Positions 48,850 to 58,634 of a stretch of 64,000 bases of DNA are shown here, in pieces (positions within the stretch are counted from its first letter, which is position 1; each line of letters starts with the position of its first letter). Source of the stretch: Deltaproteobacteria bacterium (GTDB lineage: Bacteria > Myxococcota_A > Polyangia > Polyangiales > Houyiibacteriaceae); the NCBI GenBank assembly GCA_034670305.1, contig JAXMNT010000025.1, positions 43,593 through 107,592 of the forward strand, given 5' to 3'. The notes beneath the pieces were generated by a model. It ran no database searches. It was not told the DNA's origin and saw nothing but the letters and a program-made list of their open reading frames with translations. The position numbers were made by a program, and so were the translations under genes.

Positions 48850-50946
48850 ATGAACTCGAATCCTTCCCTCACCGTGCGTGAACGTTTCGCGCGGATCCAA
48901 CCCAACCTTCTGTGGACCTGGGGTCCCGGCGCGCGGCTCCTCGGAACGCTGGCGGCCGATCTGTCCGAGACAACCGACGGGGTCGATCCCGGGACGATCC
49001 TGGCGCGGGCCTCGGATGCGTCGCTGGCGCGGGCTGCGTTGGCCCACGCCGACGATCTGCGCGCCGTGGAGCAAGCCGTCGAAGGGCACCGGTCTCCGGA
49101 GTGGAGCCTCCTGAACCGCACCCCCGTCGCGTACTTCTCGATGGAGTTCGGCATTCACGAGTCGTTGGCGATCTACTCGGGTGGGCTCGGTGTGTTGGCC
49201 GGCGACCACCTCAAGAGTGCTTCGGACCTGGGGTTGCCACTCGTCGCGGTCGGGTTCTTCTACCGCGAAGGGTACTTCACCCAGACGCTCGACAAAGACG
49301 GGTGGCAGCAGGCGGCCTACCCGAAGGTCGAGCCGAGCGCGCAGCTCGCCCGCGCGATCGCGCCGGGCGGAGAACCGCTGGCGGTCGAGGTCGAGACCCG
49401 CGGCGGCGTCATCCACGCGGACGTCTGGGAGATCGGCGTCGGCGGCGTGCGGCTCTTCTTGCTCGACGCGGACGTCGAGCGGAACGACCCGGACGACCGC
49501 GCGCTCACCCATCGCCTGTACGGCGGCGACGAGCGCACCCGCATTCGACAGGAACTCTTGCTGGGCGTCGGCGGGTTGCGGGCGCTGCGTGCGATGGGCA
49601 TCGAACCGGGCGTGCTGCACTTGAACGAGGGGCACTGCGCGTTCGCGGCGCTCGAAGAGGTCGCCGCCCGCATGGACCGCGGCGCCACCTACGACGACGC
49701 GGTGGACGCGGTGCGCGGACGCTGCGTGTTCACGACGCACACCCCGGTGCCCGCCGGCCACGACCGGTTCGTGCCCGAGCTCTTGCTCGAGCACCTGGCG
49801 CCTTACGGTCAGCGGCTCGGTCTGACGCCGGAAGCGCTGCTCGGACTCGGCCGGATCGATCCGCGGTCCGAAGACGAGACGTTCTGCATGACGGTGCTCG
49901 CGCTCAAGCTCGCCGATCGGGTCAACGGGGTGTCGTTCCTTCACGGGCGCGTCAGCCGCGCGATGTGGGAACGACTCTGGCCGAAACGATCCCGCAACGA
50001 GGTTCCGATCGGACACATCACCAACGGTGTGCACGTGCCCACGTTCATGGCACCGCAGATGTCGGAACTGCTCGACCGGCATCTTGGTGCGGGGTGGCAA
50101 ACCACCCAGCACGAGCGGTCGACCTGGGCCCCTGCGTTCGAGTTGCCCACCGAGGCACTCACGACGATTCGGCGCACGCTCAAGGACGAGCTCATCGCCA
50201 AAGTGCGGACCCGGGCAAGCGAAGAAGCCCGCGCCCGCGGCGAGTCGGACGAGGTGGTCGCGGCGCTTGGCCAAGCGATCGACCCGAACGCACTGCTGAT
50301 CGGGTTCGCCCGCCGCTTCGCCACCTACAAACGCGCCGCGCTCATCCTCCGGGATCGCGAGCAGCTGGTGAAGCTCGTGAACGATCCGGACCACCCGGTG
50401 TGTCTGGTGTTCGCGGGCAAAGCGCACCCGAAAGACGAAGGCGGCAAGAAGCTGCTCAAGCTGGTCTTCGAGGCGTCGCGGGACCCGCAGCTCCTCGGCA
50501 AAGTCATCCTGCTCAGCGGCTACGATCTGGGCCTCGGACGCGCGCTCACCCGCGGGGTCGATCTCTGGCTCAACAACCCCCGCCGCCCGAAAGAAGCGTC
50601 CGGCACGAGCGGCCAGAAGGTCGTGTTCAACGGCGGACTCAACCTCTCGGTGCTCGATGGCTGGTGGGCGGAGGCCTACGACGGCAGCAACGGGTTCGCG
50701 ATCGGCGAAGGCGACGTGCATCAGGACGCGGGTCTTCAGGACCGACTGGACCGCGAAGCGCTCTGGATGGCGCTCGAGGAAGAAGTGCTGCCCTGTTGGC
50801 GCGACCAAGAAGCCTGGACGACCCGGGTCCGCCGGAGCATGGCGACCCTCGGCTGGCGCTTCAACGCCCAGCGCATGGTGCGCGACTACGCGGTGGGGGC
50901 GTACCTGCCGGCGGCCGGCGACATGCTCCGCGATCCGCGGGCCTGA
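48850..50946 (+). CDS. glgP: Alpha-glucan (glycogen/maltodextrin) phosphorylase
   Basis: AYFSMEFG, YSGGLGVLAGD, HLNEGH, FTTHTPVPAGHD, ARRFATYKR, EASGTSGQK, SVLDGWW. Confidence 0.95.
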   Translation: MNSNPSLTVRERFARIQPNLLWTWGPGARLLGTLAADLSETTDGVDPGTILARASDASLARAALAHADDLRAVEQAVEGHRSPEWSLLNRTPVAYFSMEFGIHESLAIYSGGLGVLAGDHLKSASDLGLPLVAVGFFYREGYFTQTLDKDGWQQAAYPKVEPSAQLARAIAPGGEPLAVEVETRGGVIHADVWEIGVGGVRLFLLDADVERNDPDDRALTHRLYGGDERTRIRQELLLGVGGLRALRAMGIEPGVLHLNEGHCAFAALEEVAARMDRGATYDDAVDAVRGRCVFTTHTPVPAGHDRFVPELLLEHLAPYGQRLGLTPEALLGLGRIDPRSEDETFCMTVLALKLADRVNGVSFLHGRVSRAMWERLWPKRSRNEVPIGHITNGVHVPTFMAPQMSELLDRHLGAGWQTTQHERSTWAPAFELPTEALTTIRRTLKDELIAKVRTRASEEARARGESDEVVAALGQAIDPNALLIGFARRFATYKRAALILRDREQLVKLVNDPDHPVCLVFAGKAHPKDEGGKKLLKLVFEASRDPQLLGKVILLSGYDLGLGRALTRGVDLWLNNPRRPKEASGTSGQKVVFNGGLNLSVLDGWWAEAYDGSNGFAIGEGDVHQDAGLQDRLDREALWMALEEEVLPCWRDQEAWTTRVRRSMATLGWRFNAQRMVRDYAVGAYLPAAGDMLRDPRA

Positions 50947-50971
50947 TCGTTCGAGCGTGAGGGCGTAGGGA

Positions 50972-52381
50972 TCAGTCGGCGACGGGTTCGAAGCGGAGGG
51001 TCTGGATGATGGTCACGGGGCCACCGCCCGGCACCTCGGGAAACCTCAGCCTTTGACTTGCCGCGCCGACGCACGTCGCGGTCTGTTGGAGTGCATCGGT
51101 CGCGGTGCGGGCGGTGGCGCTCTCCACGCTACCGCTTGGCTGCACACGAATGACCACGCTCACATCTCCAGTGGCGGTTGGGTCGCGGCGCAGGAGCCGC
51201 TCGTAACACATCCGGTACCGGCGGGCGGAGCTTCGGATGACGCGTCGCACGGTCGGTTCCGTGAGCTCACCGGTGATCACCGTGGGTGCGAACGTCATGC
51301 GCGGTGCGATGGTTCGGACCGGTGGACGGCCCTCCTGAGCGCCGTCGCCACGCGCTTGGAGTCCGCCCAGCCCGTACATGGCTGTACCGCCACCTCCACG
51401 AGCGAGGCCGCCCAGGTCGTCCACGCCAGCAGGACCGATGAGGCCTCTGGCGCCCACTTGAATGTCGGCCGCGTGACCGACCAGCGACTCATCGAAGGCA
51501 TTCGTCTCTCCCAGCAGTGCGTCCAGGCCCATCGGTCGGTTCTCTGCAAGCGGCGAGATTCTTGTCTGAAAACGAAGGGACCCCATCTGCGCAAGCACTC
51601 CGAGCAGCCCCCGCTCGCTGTTGTTCCGGGCATGTTCATCGAGTCGGTTGCAAGCCGCGCTGAAGCGCTGTTCCAGTGCCGTGTCGCCTGGATCCGCTCC
51701 TTCGTCGGTCCCGAGAACTCCAAAGCTTGTGGTGAGGCTGCGGCGGTCTGCGCCGAGCGCCATCATCAGCGAAATGTTCGGCGCTGGTGATTCTTCGTCT
51801 TCGTCTGCTTCGTCGTTCTCAGTCTGTGGGCCCAGCGCTTCCAAGACCTTCGCTTCGAACACAGGCAAGCGGAGGGAGATCAAGCGGCGATGGGCGAGGG
51901 CAGGCTCCACGCCCTCCGCGGCGCCTCGCTCGTAGGCCTCGATCGCGCCGTCCGTATCTCCCGCGCTGTCCAATGCCGCCCCGACCTCCAGCCACAGCTC
52001 GGGATGGGTCGCATCCAGTTCAGCCGCACCCCGCAGCTGCAGGGCAGCGTTCGCAGCATCGCCGAGCTCTGCGCTGGAACGGCCCTCGATGAGCAAGAGA
52101 TCGAACTCGGCCTCCGCTCCGCTGTTCATGGCCGCTCGAGCCGCCGTCCGAGCCTCCTCGAACGCGCCTCGCCGGAACTGAAGCAACGCCACCGTGGGGA
52201 GGACATCGTTCCGGGCAGGGTCGAGCGCGATCGCCTGCTCCATCAACCCGATCGCTTCAGCCGGTGCACTGTCCATGACGGCCAAGCCCTGGTCGATCTT
52301 CTCCTGGGCCTGTTCCTCGGGGGTCGCGCAGGCAAAGAGCAGCAAGGCCAGAGAGCACCCGAACCAATGAGAAGGACGCAT
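50972..52381 (-). CDS. TPR lipoprotein with C-terminal AgmX/PglI (TonB-C-like) domain
   Basis: LFA-C lipobox, TPRs, Gly-rich linker, VRRVIR...RMCYERLLRRDP...G.V.V...G.V...C...LRFP. Confidence 0.75.
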   Translation of the reverse strand: MRPSHWFGCSLALLLFACATPEEQAQEKIDQGLAVMDSAPAEAIGLMEQAIALDPARNDVLPTVALLQFRRGAFEEARTAARAAMNSGAEAEFDLLLIEGRSSAELGDAANAALQLRGAAELDATHPELWLEVGAALDSAGDTDGAIEAYERGAAEGVEPALAHRRLISLRLPVFEAKVLEALGPQTENDEADEDEESPAPNISLMMALGADRRSLTTSFGVLGTDEGADPGDTALEQRFSAACNRLDEHARNNSERGLLGVLAQMGSLRFQTRISPLAENRPMGLDALLGETNAFDESLVGHAADIQVGARGLIGPAGVDDLGGLARGGGGTAMYGLGGLQARGDGAQEGRPPVRTIAPRMTFAPTVITGELTEPTVRRVIRSSARRYRMCYERLLRRDPTATGDVSVVIRVQPSGSVESATARTATDALQQTATCVGAASQRLRFPEVPGGGPVTIIQTLRFEPVAD

Positions 52382-52503
52382 GGGGGATGGTACGTGCGGA
52401 AGCCCAGCGATGCCCCTGTTGCCTGTCCCTCGTCAGATCCACGTCTGGGCTTCCGGCTCCAACCATTTTCGCCGAAGTGCGTCGTACTTTCAGCGGTCGG
52501 CGC

Positions 52504-52532
52504 TTGACGCGCCTCTGGCCGCCCGCTAAACG
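52504..52532 (+). promoter_or_regulatory. Putative sigma70 promoter of the atp Fo operon
   Basis: TTGACG-17 nt-TAAACG about 50 bp upstream of the first atp gene. Confidence 0.5.
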
Positions 52533-52584
52533 CCGCGCGACGTGGCCTCCGGGCTGCATTCTTTGACTACCGAAGGTTCGTTGT

Positions 52585-52893
52585 GTGCCTCGTCTCGGTC
52601 CCGAGTGGAAAGCGCTGGGTCGAGTCGGTGGACTCGGCATGGAGATGGCTCTTTACCTCGTGATCGGGGTGAAGGGTGGCCAGTGGCTGGATGGCCGCTG
52701 GGGGACCGAGCCACTGATGGAGAGAATCGGTGTCGGCTTTGGCTTCTTCGCCGGGTTCTACCTCCTCTGGAAACTCACCCGACAGCACGGGGGCTCTTCC
52801 CAGAAGGGTGAAAAGACCCTAGCCCCGGGGCAGGAATCGAAAGACTCCGACACCACGACGACCGACGAACCCAAGACCCCTCCTCGACCATGA
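52585..52893 (+). CDS. AtpZ/AtpI-family ATP synthase accessory protein
   Basis: GLGMEMA...GGQWLDGRWGTEP...G..FG..AG two-TM pattern; first gene of the atp cluster. Confidence 0.8.
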   Translation: MPRLGPEWKALGRVGGLGMEMALYLVIGVKGGQWLDGRWGTEPLMERIGVGFGFFAGFYLLWKLTRQHGGSSQKGEKTLAPGQESKDSDTTTTDEPKTPPRP

Positions 52894-53282
52894 ACCCCCA
52901 ACTGACCCAACGAATCCTCATCAGCACCGCCGCCTGTGGCGCGGTCTTGGTGCTCGTTGCGTACGCCCTGTGGGGCGCACCGGCGGCCGTGGGCGCGCTC
53001 GTGGGCGGGGCGGTCGCGACGATGAACGCGCTCGCGATGAAGTTCCTCGTGACCATGGGCACCACCCCGGCCGAAGGCGCCGCGGACCCGAAGTTCATGA
53101 AGGGTCGTCTGTCGATTCTCGTGGGCGGCAAGGTCGTCGCCCTGATGTTGATCTGCTGGCTCTGCATCACCCGGTGGGGGGTCAGCTTCGATGGCTTCAC
53201 CCTCGGCATCGGCGCGATGGTGCTCGGCATCCTGATCGGTTCCAAACTCACACCGCCGGCTCCGGCCGTGGCGGAGGTCTGA
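52890..53282 (+). CDS. atpI: ATP synthase protein I-like
   Basis: Four TM segments, GGAVATMN...K pattern, located immediately before atpB. Confidence 0.65.
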   Translation: MNPQLTQRILISTAACGAVLVLVAYALWGAPAAVGALVGGAVATMNALAMKFLVTMGTTPAEGAADPKFMKGRLSILVGGKVVALMLICWLCITRWGVSFDGFTLGIGAMVLGILIGSKLTPPAPAVAEV

Positions 53283-53283
53283 G

Positions 53284-54138
53284 ATGGGCTTCTTCGACGA
53301 ACACGCGCATGAAGCGGCGCTCCCCGAACACTGGAGCTGGTTCAGCCTCCTTCCCGAGTCCTGGCAAGAGGGACTGCGCGGCGTCGGCGAGTCGGCGGGC
53401 GGACCGGTCTCCAACGCGCTTGGCAACGAGGACGCGGGCGAGAAGTGGTTCTTCGGCGGTCACTTCGACGTGCTGCACGTCTGGGGCCTGCTCTTCGTGC
53501 TCTTGCTCCTGACCTACGTCGGCGTGCGCACCAAGTCGCGGCTCAGCAACACCAAAGAAGCGATCATCCCGGAAGACCGGCTGACGACCGCGACCTTCGC
53601 CGAGCTCTTCACGGGCGGCGTGCTGAACCTCATGGGCGGCATGATGACGAAGGAAGCCGCGAAGTACTTCCTGCCGCTCATCGGCACCTGCGCGTTCGTC
53701 ATCTTCTTCTCGAACGTGCTCGGACTCATCCCGGGCTTTCTCCCGCCGACCGACAACCTCAACACGACCGCCGTCATGGCGATCATCATCTTCCTCGCGA
53801 CCCACATCTACGGCGTGAAGAAGCAGGGGTTCGTCAACTACTTCAAACACTTCATGGGACCGATTCCGGTGCTCGCGCCGCTCATCTTTCCCATCGAGAT
53901 CGTGAGCCATTGCGTGCGTCCCGTGACGCTCGCCATTCGTCTCACCGCCAACATGTTCGCGGACCACGCGGTCCTCGGCGCGTTCCTCGGGCTCAGCGTG
54001 GCGGCTTCGTTCATTCCGTTCCCCGTCGCCATCTACGTGCTCGGCATCATCGTCGTCACGGTCCAAACCCTCGTGTTCTGTCTGCTCTCGATGGTCTACA
54101 TCGGCGCCGCCATCGAAGAGCACGAAGAACACCACTGA
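53284..54138 (+). CDS. atpB: F0F1 ATP synthase subunit a
   Basis: NVLGLIPG..PPT, PIEIVS...RPVTLAIRLTANM, Q..VF..L..VYI. Confidence 0.95.
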   Translation: MGFFDEHAHEAALPEHWSWFSLLPESWQEGLRGVGESAGGPVSNALGNEDAGEKWFFGGHFDVLHVWGLLFVLLLLTYVGVRTKSRLSNTKEAIIPEDRLTTATFAELFTGGVLNLMGGMMTKEAAKYFLPLIGTCAFVIFFSNVLGLIPGFLPPTDNLNTTAVMAIIIFLATHIYGVKKQGFVNYFKHFMGPIPVLAPLIFPIEIVSHCVRPVTLAIRLTANMFADHAVLGAFLGLSVAASFIPFPVAIYVLGIIVVTVQTLVFCLLSMVYIGAAIEEHEEHH

Positions 54139-54207
54139 CCTCAGACCTCAACCCCCTCGATTTCGGCGGACCACCCGTCGCGCAACCACGGATTCTCAGG
54201 AGTCACC

Positions 54208-54534
54208 ATGAAAAAGCTGTTTCTTCGTTCGGTAGGATTTCTCACCACGCTCTGCATCGCGGTCCCGGCATTCGCCCAGGACGGTGAGGGCGCCAACTCC
54301 AACGACGTCGTGATGTTCAAGGCCATTGCGGCCGGCCTCGCGATCGGCATCGCAGCCTTCGGCGGCGCGCTTGGCCAGGGCAAGGCGGCTTCCGCTGCGC
54401 TCGAGGGCATCGCGCGCAACCCGAACGCCGCCGGCGCGCTCTTCACGCCGCTCATGATCAGCCTCGCGCTCATCGAGTCGCTGGTCATCTACGCCCTGCT
54501 CATCGCAGCTGGCTGGGTCGGCCCGCTCGGCTGA
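54208..54534 (+). CDS. atpE: F0F1 ATP synthase subunit c (with N-terminal signal-like extension)
   Basis: GLAIGIAAFGGALGQG, IARNP loop, ALIESLVIY carboxylate. Confidence 0.95.
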   Translation: MKKLFLRSVGFLTTLCIAVPAFAQDGEGANSNDVVMFKAIAAGLAIGIAAFGGALGQGKAASAALEGIARNPNAAGALFTPLMISLALIESLVIYALLIAAGWVGPLG

Positions 54535-54559
54535 ACCTTCCGTCTGCGCGACGGAATCG

Positions 54560-54595
54560 ACGGTGTCTCCGCTTGCGGGGGCACCGTTTTTCTTT
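54560..54595 (+). terminator. Rho-independent terminator after atpE
   Basis: ACGGTGTCTCCG-CTTG-CGGGGGCACCGT stem (with G-U pairs) followed by TTTTCTTT. Confidence 0.8.
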
Positions 54596-54699
54596 GGGGT
54601 CTGCCCTTCGGCGGGTTTGGGGGGAGGCGGCCCTTCGACGGAATGGGGCTCGGCCGATAGGTCTGGTCAGGGTCGCCAGGTGGCGCTATCACTGAGGGG

Positions 54700-55194
54700 A
54701 TGACTGCAGCCGAAGAGAAGCGGAAGGGGATGCCCGTCGAAGCGAAGATCGGAATCGCCCTCCTGATCTTCTTCGGGGGCCCGATCGCGCTCGTGCTCCT
54801 GACCGGGGCCGGCGACTCCTTCAGCTACTCCGAACCGGTCGGCGCCGTGGCCGGCGATCCTGCGGCGTTCGAAGGCCGGCAGCTGCGCGTCGAAGGCATG
54901 CTGCGCGAGGGCTCGGTGCAGTTCCGCGAAGACCCCTGCGAGTGGCGCTTCACGATCGAGGAGCAGGATCCCTCCCAGGAGATCCAGAGCGCGATCAACG
55001 TGTCGTTCCCGCAGTGCGTGGTCCCGGACACCTTCCGGGACGGCTTCGGGATCTCGGTGACGGTGCAGGGCGAAGTGCAGGGCGACGGAACGTTCCTCGC
55101 GAACGAAGTCGTGCCCCGCTGCCCGTCGAAGTACGAGATGCAGGAGCGGCTCGAAGCGGGCGAAGAGATGCCCCACGAGCGCCCGACCACCTGA
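54700..55194 (+). CDS. ccmE: Cytochrome c maturation heme chaperone CcmE (CxxxY type)
   Basis: N-terminal TM, LRVEGML..GSV, VPDTFRDG..V.V.G, F.A.EV...CPSKY. Confidence 0.85.
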   Translation: MTAAEEKRKGMPVEAKIGIALLIFFGGPIALVLLTGAGDSFSYSEPVGAVAGDPAAFEGRQLRVEGMLREGSVQFREDPCEWRFTIEEQDPSQEIQSAINVSFPQCVVPDTFRDGFGISVTVQGEVQGDGTFLANEVVPRCPSKYEMQERLEAGEEMPHERPTT

Positions 55195-55203
55195 GCGCTA
55201 GCG

Positions 55204-55428
55204 GTGAAGTACTTCGTACCCGTCCTCTGCGGCGTCCTCGCGCTCTTGTCGACGGTGCGCGGCATCCATCAACTCGTCTGGAACGCCGACCACACCGGCC
55301 GGCTGCTCGGGTACCACCCAGTGGAGACGCTGTGGCCGCTCGTCATGGCGGTGCTCTTCACCTTGGCGGGCGTGGCCTCGTTCCGAGGCATCCGCGCCAA
55401 GTCCGCGGATGCCTCGGCCGAAGAGTGA
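55204..55428 (+). CDS. Small two-TM membrane protein
   Basis: Two hydrophobic segments; fills the gap after ccmE. Confidence 0.5.
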   Translation: MKYFVPVLCGVLALLSTVRGIHQLVWNADHTGRLLGYHPVETLWPLVMAVLFTLAGVASFRGIRAKSADASAEE

Positions 55429-55431
55429 CGG

Positions 55432-56745
55432 TCAGCCGACGTCGATTCCGTCCGCGCTCAGTTCGCTGGCGGTGGCCACCCGCGCCTGGGTGCCGGGAGG
55501 CGCTTGGTACCAGCCGGGATCTTCGTCGTAGGTCCGCAGTTCGTCGCGCACTTTGAGGATGGTGAACATGCCGCCCATGTCGATCGTGCCGTGCGCACCC
55601 GGACCGCCGCGCATCGGGATGCTGTTCGGCGGAATGGGCATGTCCATGTCGCCCATGCCGGCCATGCCGCCGCGACCCATCGGCATGTAGCCGGGGATCA
55701 ACCGACGCACCCGCCGGTCGGCGGGGTTGCCACGCACGCCGAGCACGTTCGGAATGCCGTGCCCCATCTGGTTCATCACGTGGTGGGTCATGTGGCAGTG
55801 CATCGCCCAGTCGCCCGGGTTGTCCGCCACGAACTCGATCACCCGGCAGCTTCCGGTCGGCACGAGCACCGTGGTGTGCGGCTCCTGGGCCGCGCGGGGG
55901 ATCTCGCCGCCGTCGGTTCCGGCGATGCGGAACGAGTAGCCGTGCAGATGCACCGGGTGGTTGTCGATGCCGCTGAGGTTGCCGAACCGCATGCGCACTT
56001 TGTCGCCGCGTTTCACCACGAGTGGATCGGTGCCCGGGAAACACTTCGAGTTCATCGTCAGCACGTTGAAGTCGTTCATCTCGAGTGGGTTCGGTCGGCC
56101 CGCGCCGATCGGGATGTTCCACTCGTTGAGCATGATGGCGAAGTCGCGGTCCGGAACGAATCCGGTCGGTCGCCTCGGGTGCACGACGATCATGCCCATC
56201 ATGCCCATCGCCATCTGGGTCATCTCGTCCCAGTGCGGGTGGTACATGAAGGTGCCCGCGTCCCGGAACGTGAACTCGTAACGGAAGGTTTCGCCCGGCT
56301 CGATCGGTCGCTGGCTCAGGCCACCCACCCCGTCCATGGCGCTCGGCAGGATGATGCCGTGCCAGTGCACGGTGGTCGGCTCGGGCAGTTTGTTCGTCAC
56401 GTAGATGCGCACCCGGTCGCCTTCGACGACTTCGAGCGTCGGTCCACCGACCACGCCGTTGTAGCCCCAGCAGGACGCGACGAGCCCCGGGCAGAACTCG
56501 TGGTCCGCGATCGCCTCCGCGGTCAGATGGAAGACCTTCACGCCGCCGACGATCCGGTACTCGAGCGCGTGCCCGTTGGGGGTCACGACCGGCCGGTAGC
56601 CGCCAGTGCGCGCGGCGTCGCGTCCGGATCGGGTGCGCTGCGCATGCGTCTTCGCCGCCAGGGCGGTCGCCGCAAGCGCAGCCCCCGCTCCGAGCAAGAG
56701 TTCCCGGCGTTTGAGTTCGCTGCCCGTCTTCTTCTTGTCTTCCAT
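55432..56745 (-). CDS. Two-domain multicopper oxidase, Tat-exported
   Basis: KRRELL Tat motif, VHWHG, MYHPH, HPVHLHG, MHCHMTHH, Met-rich C-terminus. Confidence 0.93.
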   Translation of the reverse strand: MEDKKKTGSELKRRELLLGAGAALAATALAAKTHAQRTRSGRDAARTGGYRPVVTPNGHALEYRIVGGVKVFHLTAEAIADHEFCPGLVASCWGYNGVVGGPTLEVVEGDRVRIYVTNKLPEPTTVHWHGIILPSAMDGVGGLSQRPIEPGETFRYEFTFRDAGTFMYHPHWDEMTQMAMGMMGMIVVHPRRPTGFVPDRDFAIMLNEWNIPIGAGRPNPLEMNDFNVLTMNSKCFPGTDPLVVKRGDKVRMRFGNLSGIDNHPVHLHGYSFRIAGTDGGEIPRAAQEPHTTVLVPTGSCRVIEFVADNPGDWAMHCHMTHHVMNQMGHGIPNVLGVRGNPADRRVRRLIPGYMPMGRGGMAGMGDMDMPIPPNSIPMRGGPGAHGTIDMGGMFTILKVRDELRTYDEDPGWYQAPPGTQARVATASELSADGIDVG

Positions 56746-58154
56746 CAGTGACCTCCTCCTTCGTTTCCACCCATGGGCATCGCGCCACTCAGCTCCGGTG
56801 CATCCACCAGCCGACCGGCGAGAATCTGTTCGAGCGCGATGCGGGCGACCCAGTAGTCCCGTTCCGCCATCACCCGCGCTTGCAGGGCTTCCACGTGGCT
56901 GCGTTTGGCGCGCAGCAACTGGAAGACCCCCATGTTCATCGCGTTGTATTGAAAGAGCGCTTGGCGCAGCACTTCTTCGCGCGCAGGCACCAGCGTCTCC
57001 CGAATGAAGTTCGCGCGTTCGCGCGCGACGACGTAGCGGTTGCGTGCCCGCCGCACCCCGGACCGCACCCGAATGGCGAGATCTTCGTAGCGGTGCAGCG
57101 CCATCGCGAGCTCTGCCTGCACGCGACCGATCGCGCCTTGGCCTTGGTCGAAGAGCGGCAGCTCGACCTCGAGCACAGGACCGATCTCCCACTCGCCGGC
57201 GGCCCGCTCCGCGAGCACTCCGGCGTGGAGCGCCGGCAGCGCGCCGCGAGTGCGTTCGAGTCCGACCCGGCGGGTGAGTGCGCGGAGCCGGTGCTGTCCG
57301 GCGGCGAGCTCGAGGCTTCGATCCATCGCGATGCGTTCGACCGTCTCCAACTCTGGGTCCGACGTGGCCGGCGGGGCCAACGTCGCCACCGTCGTCCAGT
57401 CGACCTGGGCGCCGGTCAGACCGAGCAGCACGTTGAGGTCTTCGCGCCGATCGAGCACTTCGAGTTCGGCCGTCGCGAGCTGCAGACGCGACTCTTCGTA
57501 GAGCGCGTGCTCCTGCGCGACATCGAGCTGCGGCACGTTGCCGGCTTCGCGCATGGCTTCGGCGCTCTCCCAGGCCGCGCGAAAGGTGACGACCACTTCG
57601 TTCCAAAGCGTCACGTTCTGCTGGGCGGCGAGCAGCCCGGCGAACGCGATGCGCGTCTCGTAGGCGAGGTCGAGCGCGGCGGCCGCGGCCATCACCCGCG
57701 CGCGTTCGTACTCCGCGTCGGCGACACCGGCGCGAAGTCCGACGCGCGCCAGGTCCGAGAGATCGACCAGTAGGCTGAACTCCAGCGCAGCCGATTCGTT
57801 GCCCTCCGTGGGGAAGAGCGCGCTGATCTCCGCGTCGGGGTTGCGGACCCGGCGGGCGCCGCGAAGATCCGCGAGCGCGACGTCGAGCTCGGTCATCGAG
57901 GCCCGCAACCCACGGTTGTTGAGGAGTGCGATCTGCACGGCAGCGTCGGCGTCGATCGGCCCACCGAGCAGCCCGTTCAAGTCCGACGCGAGTTCGTCGT
58001 CGTCGGAGTCGCGGCGCTGCAAATGCGCTGGATCGAGGTGCGCGGACTGAAGCCGGTCGTCCAGAAGATCCCGGACGCCCTCGAGTGAAGCGGTGGGTCC
58101 CGCGCACGCAGCCAGCAAGCCGAGTGCGGCGAGGAGCGGTGCCCTAGTGTCCAT
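56745..58154 (-). CDS. TolC-family outer-membrane lipoprotein (copper cluster)
   Basis: LAA-C lipobox, AVQIALLNN, ELPLFDQGQG, YNAMNMGVFQLL; coupled to the oxidase. Confidence 0.9.
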   Translation of the reverse strand: MDTRAPLLAALGLLAACAGPTASLEGVRDLLDDRLQSAHLDPAHLQRRDSDDDELASDLNGLLGGPIDADAAVQIALLNNRGLRASMTELDVALADLRGARRVRNPDAEISALFPTEGNESAALEFSLLVDLSDLARVGLRAGVADAEYERARVMAAAAALDLAYETRIAFAGLLAAQQNVTLWNEVVVTFRAAWESAEAMREAGNVPQLDVAQEHALYEESRLQLATAELEVLDRREDLNVLLGLTGAQVDWTTVATLAPPATSDPELETVERIAMDRSLELAAGQHRLRALTRRVGLERTRGALPALHAGVLAERAAGEWEIGPVLEVELPLFDQGQGAIGRVQAELAMALHRYEDLAIRVRSGVRRARNRYVVARERANFIRETLVPAREEVLRQALFQYNAMNMGVFQLLRAKRSHVEALQARVMAERDYWVARIALEQILAGRLVDAPELSGAMPMGGNEGGGH

Positions 58155-58590
58155 CGTGACCGTTCTCCTGCGCCGCGTCGCCGCGGCCTGTCGCTGAGTC
58201 TGTGGCTGCCGCTGAGTCTGATGCTGACTCTGTCGCTGTTGCTGAGTCTGTCGCTGCCGCTGAGTCTGTCGCAGCCGCCGAGTCTGCTGCCGCTGAGGCC
58301 GCGGACTCTGTGGCTCCCGCTGAATCTGAGTCCGCCCCGGTGTCGCCGTGCGACCCGTGCGACCCATGTCCGTGATGCATCCCGCCCATGCCGTCGTCGG
58401 GCAGCGGCGGGGCGGGATCGGCGACGAGCGCCCGGGCCAGAGGCGGGGTCTGCGCCACCTCGCTGGCCGGGTTGGCAACGCTGTGTTCTCCCCATCGCGG
58501 CGCAGCGGCGCAGCCGGCCACCAGGGAGAGCAGGACCACCTTCCCAGAAAACGAAAGGCGGTTCTTGACGAGAGCGGAAGAACTTGGCAT
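58144..58590 (-). CDS. His-rich small lipoprotein with DSAAAT repeats
   Basis: VAG-C lipobox, MGGMHHGHGSHGSH, repeat linker, C-terminal GHDGH overlapping the tolC start. Confidence 0.65.
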   Translation of the reverse strand: MPSSSALVKNRLSFSGKVVLLSLVAGCAAAPRWGEHSVANPASEVAQTPPLARALVADPAPPLPDDGMGGMHHGHGSHGSHGDTGADSDSAGATESAASAAADSAAATDSAAATDSATATESASDSAAATDSATGRGDAAQENGHDGH

Positions 58591-58596
58591 CTTGAG

Positions 58597-58615
58597 TATA
58601 CCCATACCGGGTATA
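58597..58615. promoter_or_regulatory. CsoR-type operator
   Basis: TATACCC-ATACC-GGGTATA palindrome between the divergent copper operons, matching the known TACCC...GGGTA CsoR pattern. Confidence 0.8.
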
Positions 58616-58634
58616 GGTATCACCGAGGAAGACC

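Noticed and set aside
54208-54534. Na+-coupled ATP synthase
   Set aside because: Has Q, ES and Y but lacks the Pro and Thr of the canonical Na+ signature; ion specificity cannot be called.
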